Source of the DNA: an uncultured archaeon
Lineage (GTDB): Archaea > Iainarchaeota > Iainarchaeia > Iainarchaeales > 0-14-0-20-30-16
DNA: 28,744 nucleotides
Direction: 5' to 3'
Assembly: GCA_964595665.1 (NCBI GenBank)
Contig: CAZQQS010000007.1
Coordinates: forward strand, 1 to 28,744
In this document: positions 24,991 through 28,744 of the stretch, piece after piece
Position numbering within the stretch: the first letter of the stretch is position 1
How the letters are laid out: every line of letters begins with the position of its first letter
The notes under the pieces: model-generated
Seen by the model: only the letters and a program-made list of their open reading frames with translations
Databases searched by the model: none
What the model was told of the DNA's origin: nothing
Position numbers and translations under genes: made by a program

Positions 24991-25002
24991 GTGAGGGAGA
25001 TT

Positions 25003-25401
25003 ATGATTTCTGAAAAAAATCAATTTGTTATAAAGTTAGTTTTTGGGTTATTTTGCATTATATTGGGGGCAATATTATTTATAACTATTGGATATAATGA
25101 ATTATATCCTTTTAATGGAGTGGGTCAATTTTTAATTTATGTTGGTTTATTATCTTTAACAATGATTATTTTTAGAAAATTTTCTAATAAGAAAAAATTA
25201 GTTGATGAACGAATGCATTTTATTGGTTATAAAACAAATAGAATATTAACATCAATATTGTTTATATTGTTATTTTTAATAATGATTTTAGATATGCTTT
25301 ATCCAATAAAAATCCCATACTATTTAGCAATAAGTTATTTTGTTTGTTTTTGGGTTTTAGCATATTTTATAATTTATAAAATTGTGGAGAAATATAATTA
25401 G
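25003..25401 (+). CDS. Small membrane protein (4 predicted TM)
   Basis: GAGGGAG lies 3 nt upstream of the ATG at 25003. The track start at 24949 lies inside the TATA/operator region. There are four hydrophobic segments. Confidence 0.55.
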   Translation: MISEKNQFVIKLVFGLFCIILGAILFITIGYNELYPFNGVGQFLIYVGLLSLTMIIFRKFSNKKKLVDERMHFIGYKTNRILTSILFILLFLIMILDMLYPIKIPYYLAISYFVCFWVLAYFIIYKIVEKYN

Positions 25402-25409
25402 GTGATTAA

Positions 25410-25838
25410 ATGATTGGTAAACAAGAATGGTTTCAAAGAAGAAAATATTTGGGTTGGGGTATTGCTCCAAAAACTAAAGAAGGGTGGTATTATATTTTAG
25501 CATTTATTATTTTAGCAATGTTAATACAATTTTTGCCTTTTGAGAATATAATTAAATTTATTCTTACAAGTGTTTTAATTATAGTTTTATTAATTGATGT
25601 AATTCATATAATGTTAACTATGAAAAAAGATGAGCGTGAAAAAATACATGAAGCAATTGCTGATAGAAATGCATTGTGGGTTATTTTATTAGTTTTAGTT
25701 GTAGGGATATTATATCAAACAGTAAATAGTACATTAAATGGTTTCGAGCCAAATATAGATTATTTCTTAATTGCCGCTTTATTGGCCGCAGTAGTAATGA
25801 AATCAGTTACAAATATGTATTTAGATAAAAAGGATTAG
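25410..25838 (+). CDS. Small membrane protein (about 4 TM) with N-terminal YLGWGIAPKTKEGW motif
   Basis: GGTGAT SD is present, 8 nt after the preceding gene. Hydrophobic segments are separated by a KKDEREKIHEAIADR loop. Confidence 0.55.
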   Translation: MIGKQEWFQRRKYLGWGIAPKTKEGWYYILAFIILAMLIQFLPFENIIKFILTSVLIIVLLIDVIHIMLTMKKDEREKIHEAIADRNALWVILLVLVVGILYQTVNSTLNGFEPNIDYFLIAALLAAVVMKSVTNMYLDKKD

Positions 25839-25844
25839 ATTAAA

Positions 25845-26036
25845 ATGCAAAATAATATTGAAAAATTTAGAAAAAGATTAAAGCTAACTCAAGAAGAGTT
25901 AGCATCTAAATGCAATGTAACAAGACAAACAATAATTTCTTTAGAGCAAGGAAATTATAATCCTAGTTTGGAGTTATCCTTTAAATTAAAGCAAGCTTTA
26001 AAAGCAAAGAAAATAGAAGATCTATTTAATTTTTAA
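25845..26036 (+). CDS. XRE-family helix-turn-helix transcriptional regulator (63 aa)
   Basis: [41 protein letters not shown] is a canonical short Cro/C1-type HTH. This type is commonly found next to small membrane protein genes. Confidence 0.85.
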   Translation: MQNNIEKFRKRLKLTQEELASKCNVTRQTIISLEQGNYNPSLELSFKLKQALKAKKIEDLFNF

Positions 26037-26119
26037 AGTAGATAGAGTTTATAATCTTTTTTCTATATAATATATAATATTAACCTTATTGTTGTTTAAT
26101 AGGGTAAGAGGGTGATTTA

Positions 26120-27883
26120 ATGAAAATAGAAAACGGGATTGCTAAAGATATTGACTTTAGTACAAAGGAAGGAAAAGAGATAATGTGGCATTCTTCTGCA
26201 CATTTATTAGCTTCCGCAATAAAGAATTTGTATCCTAATGTTAAAATCACCATTGGACCCGCTATTGAACAAGGATTTTATTATGATTTTGATAATTTAG
26301 AAATTAATGATTCTGATTTTTCAAAAATTGAAAAAGAAATGTATTCAATAATCAATAAAGGAAATAAATTTGAATATAAAATAGTTACAAAAAAAGAAGC
26401 TTTGGAAATTTTTGCAAATGAACAATATAAAATAGAATTGATAAATGATTTGCCAGAAAATGAAAAAATTACAACATATAAATTAGGAAATTTTATTGAC
26501 TTATGCCGAGGTCCGCATTTAGAAGATTTATCTAAAATTAAAGCTGTAAAAATAATGTCTATTGCTGGTGCTTATTGGAGAGGAGATTCAAAAAATAAAA
26601 TGTTAACAAGAGTATATGCAATTTCTTTTCAAAGTAAAGAAGATATGAAAGCATATTTTGATTTTTTAGAAGAAGCAAAAAAAAGAGATCATAAATTATT
26701 AGGCAAAAAATTAAATTTATTTTCATTTTCAGATTATGCTCCTGGATTTCCATTTTTTCATGATAATGGAATAATTGTTTTAGATGAATTAGTTGATTAT
26801 TGGAAAGCCGTTCATCGAAAATATAATTATCAAATTATAAGAACTCCGCAAATAATGAATAGAGAGTTATGGGAAAAATCTGGGCATTGGGAAAAATATA
26901 AAGATAATATGTACACTGTAAAAATCGAAGATTTAGATTTTGCAGTTAAGCCTATGAATTGTCCAGGAGGATTATTAGTTTATAATACAGAACAACATTC
27001 ATATAAAGAATTTCCATTAAGAGTTGGTGAGTTAGGAATAGTTCATAGACATGAAATTTCTGGTGCATTAAATGGTTTATTTAGAGTTAGAGTTTTTACT
27101 CAAGATGATGCGCATATTTTTATGATGCCTGAGCAAATAACATCTCAAGTAAAAGAAGTTTTCATGATCTTAGATGAAATGTATAAAACATTTGATTTAA
27201 AATATAGGGTTGTTTTAAGTACAATGCCTGAAAAGCATATTGGTTCTTTAGAAACATGGGAATTCACTGAAAATGCTTTAAAAACCGCATTAAAAGATTT
27301 GAAATTAGACTATCAATTAAATGCTGGTGATGGCGCATTTTATGGCCCTAAAATAGATGTTTTAGTTAAAGATTCTTTGAATAGAGAACATCAATGTGCA
27401 ACTATACAATTAGATGCAAATTTACCTGAAAGATTTGATATAAATTATATTGGGCAAGATGGTAAAGAACATAGGCCAGTAATGATTCATAGAGTTATTT
27501 ATGGAAGTTTAGAAAGATTTTTTGGGGTAATAACAGAACATTTTTCTGGAAAATTTCCTTTGTGGTTAAACCCAAACCAAATTATTATTGTTCCTGTAGC
27601 AAATGTATTTGATAAATATGCTTTAGATGTTAAATTTCAATTAGAATCTTTTGGATTAAGAGTTAAAGTAGATTTGGGACAAGATACTTTAAATAAAAAA
27701 ATTAGAGAAGCTGAAAAAATATATCCTAATTATATTTTAATTGTTGGTGAAAAAGAGCAAAATGAAAAAACAATTAATGTAAGGATTAGAGATACTAAAG
27801 AACAAAAAGATTTTTCTATTAAAGATTTTGCAGAAAAAGTAAAACAAGAATATAAATCAAGAGCTATAAAAAGCTCTTTGTAA
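26120..27883 (+). CDS. thrS: Threonyl-tRNA synthetase, bacterial-type N2 editing domain, TGS domain absent
   Basis: The editing-domain motif is WHSSAHLLASAI...GPAIEQGFYYDFD. The zinc-site motif is KPMNCPGG. Class II motif 2 is HRHEISGALNGLFRVRVFTQDDAHIF. A C-terminal anticodon-binding domain is present. GGGTGAT SD is present. Confidence 0.92.
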   Translation: MKIENGIAKDIDFSTKEGKEIMWHSSAHLLASAIKNLYPNVKITIGPAIEQGFYYDFDNLEINDSDFSKIEKEMYSIINKGNKFEYKIVTKKEALEIFANEQYKIELINDLPENEKITTYKLGNFIDLCRGPHLEDLSKIKAVKIMSIAGAYWRGDSKNKMLTRVYAISFQSKEDMKAYFDFLEEAKKRDHKLLGKKLNLFSFSDYAPGFPFFHDNGIIVLDELVDYWKAVHRKYNYQIIRTPQIMNRELWEKSGHWEKYKDNMYTVKIEDLDFAVKPMNCPGGLLVYNTEQHSYKEFPLRVGELGIVHRHEISGALNGLFRVRVFTQDDAHIFMMPEQITSQVKEVFMILDEMYKTFDLKYRVVLSTMPEKHIGSLETWEFTENALKTALKDLKLDYQLNAGDGAFYGPKIDVLVKDSLNREHQCATIQLDANLPERFDINYIGQDGKEHRPVMIHRVIYGSLERFFGVITEHFSGKFPLWLNPNQIIIVPVANVFDKYALDVKFQLESFGLRVKVDLGQDTLNKKIREAEKIYPNYILIVGEKEQNEKTINVRIRDTKEQKDFSIKDFAEKVKQEYKSRAIKSSL

Positions 27884-27905
27884 ATAATTTTTATAGGGGT
27901 TTTAA

Positions 27906-28541
27906 ATGGCTATATCAAAAATACATATATCAAAAATACCTAAAGAAAAAGCAAGAGAAATAACTTCAAGATACAAATCTACTTTAGGATTGTATGGTAA
28001 ACATTTAACAAAACAACAAAGGCGAGATCTATTAGAAAAATTATTTGCAAGAACAAGTATTTGGAATAAACCTCATTCAGAATATGCTAGAGAAACTGAC
28101 GAAATAAGTTTAACTAGTACAGAAGATTCTAGAGATATAAATGGTACCAATAAAGGGGCTGCACACGAAGCAGTACATTATTTAGATGCACATGAAGTAT
28201 TAAGATATTCTGATAGATTAAAATATGATCCTTGGGCTATTAAAGAAGAACATTTAAGTACAGCTACAACTGTTTTTAATGATTATGAGAGATTATTGCG
28301 AAATAGAGAATTTAATACTTTAAATGAGTTAATTGAGAATTGGCAAAGAATTAGACAAAAATTGATTGATAAAAAAACAGATATGGATTCTTCTTATGCT
28401 GAAGGAATTAGATTGGGATTAAAAGCAATAAAATTAAGTAGAATTAATTTTAGAATTGGTAAATGGTTTTTATTTTTAATTTCTCGAGGTTATCCCGAAG
28501 TAAAAGCAGAAATACTTGCAAGAAGTTTTGCAAGGAAATAA
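27906..28541 (+). CDS. Hypothetical protein containing an HExxH motif
   Basis: AGGGGT lies upstream of the ATG. GAAHEAVHYLDAHE contains HEAVH. The protein is otherwise helical and K/R/E-rich with no family recognised. The stop lies 5 nt from the 3' end of the tRNA. Confidence 0.4.
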   Translation: MAISKIHISKIPKEKAREITSRYKSTLGLYGKHLTKQQRRDLLEKLFARTSIWNKPHSEYARETDEISLTSTEDSRDINGTNKGAAHEAVHYLDAHEVLRYSDRLKYDPWAIKEEHLSTATTVFNDYERLLRNREFNTLNELIENWQRIRQKLIDKKTDMDSSYAEGIRLGLKAIKLSRINFRIGKWFLFLISRGYPEVKAEILARSFARK

Positions 28542-28546
28542 AAAAA

Positions 28547-28629
28547 TGCGGGAGAAGAGATTCGAACTCTTGAAGGCCTTCGCCAGTGGCTTCTAAGGCC
28601 ACCCCGGTTGACCACTGCGGCACTCCCGC
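28547..28629 (-). tRNA. tRNA-Leu (anticodon UAG), type II with long variable arm, no encoded CCA
   Basis: The reverse complement folds by hand as follows. Acceptor is GCGGGAG/CTCCCGC. D arm is CCG-CAGTGGTCAAC-CGG. Anticodon stem is GTGGC/GCCAC with loop CTTAGAA. There is a 14-nt variable arm. T arm is AAGAG-TTCGAAT-CTCTT. The discriminator is A, followed by a T7 run. Confidence 0.9.
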
Positions 28630-28638
28630 TCTAAGATC

Positions 28639-28660
28639 CCTTTCTTTTACAAAAGAAAGG
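28639..28660. repeat. Perfect 10-bp inverted repeat immediately upstream of tRNA-Leu
   Basis: CCTTTCTTTT-AC-AAAAGAAAGG lies 10 nt upstream of the tRNA 5' end. Its core CTTTTACAAA recurs at 28699-28708. Confidence 0.6.
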
Positions 28661-28744
28661 TCTTCAGTGTATAAGATTGAAGACACAATGTCTTAAATCT
28701 TTTACAAAGTGTCATGAACTATAAGTTCAAGTCACAGTCTACCC

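Noticed and set aside
24949-25002. The track start at 24949 for the first membrane protein of the XRE cassette. Similar extended track starts occur at 2377, 3902, 5142, 16357, 21683 and 22483.
   Set aside because: These upstream starts overlap promoter or operator elements or the preceding gene, or they leave no room for the SD. In-frame ATGs with properly spaced GGTGAT or GGAGG motifs lie downstream, and I preferred those.
26559-26753. Track ORF 26559..26753 (-).
   Set aside because: It is antisense to thrS.
28450-28686. Track ORF 28450..28686 (-), 78 aa.
   Set aside because: It reads straight through the tRNA-Leu gene (28547-28629) and the 3' end of the HExxH gene. Its apparent GC-rich coding potential comes from the tRNA.
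1-28744. I searched by eye for CRISPR arrays, long direct or terminal inverted repeats, transposase, integrase or reverse-transcriptase genes, DGR template/variable repeat pairs, toxin-antitoxin pairs and known defence-system ATPases or nucleases.
   Set aside because: I found no regularly spaced repeats and no such gene families. The only repeats seen are short regulatory-scale palindromes and the 19-nt duplicated initiation region. Diverged long repeats could escape visual inspection, and a self-dot-plot would settle this.

Overview
This is a very AT-rich, tightly packed archaeal chromosome segment. The gene content suggests a small-genome, DPANN-like archaeon, but that is inference. Archaeal markers include Alba, archaeal-type PheRS alpha and beta, proteasome alpha, exosome subunits Rrp4/Rrp41/Rrp42, RpoP, eL43, a Brix protein, SBDS and prefoldin beta. 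Most of the window is housekeeping. The centrepiece is a complete exosome/proteasome superoperon (18958-24056). It includes a 45-codon rpoP and an 18-codon micro-ORF, both too short for the supplied ORF track. Other housekeeping genes are cysS, pheS-pheT, thrS, truD and one tRNA-Leu(UAG) on the minus strand (28547-28629).

The less ordinary content is:
- a three-gene type IV filament module, with a FlaI/TadA-like ATPase and a split TadB/TadC-like platform but no pilin;
- an orphan NurA-like nuclease gene directly following pheT;
- a six-gene co-directional cluster running truD, Cys-rich protein, eukaryote-type NT5C3-like 5'-nucleotidase, minimal RIO/Bud32-like kinase-fold protein, unknown protein and EncFtn-like half-ferritin;
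- a membrane/membrane/XRE-regulator cassette preceded by five copies of a TTTACAT heptamer flanking a TATA box;
- the C-terminal part of a large surface protein that runs off the 5' edge.

I saw no CRISPR array, transposase, integrase, reverse transcriptase or recognisable defence gene. I cannot point to a clearly novel multi-gene system. The candidates listed are the best-supported oddities, and all family assignments come from motif recognition by eye.
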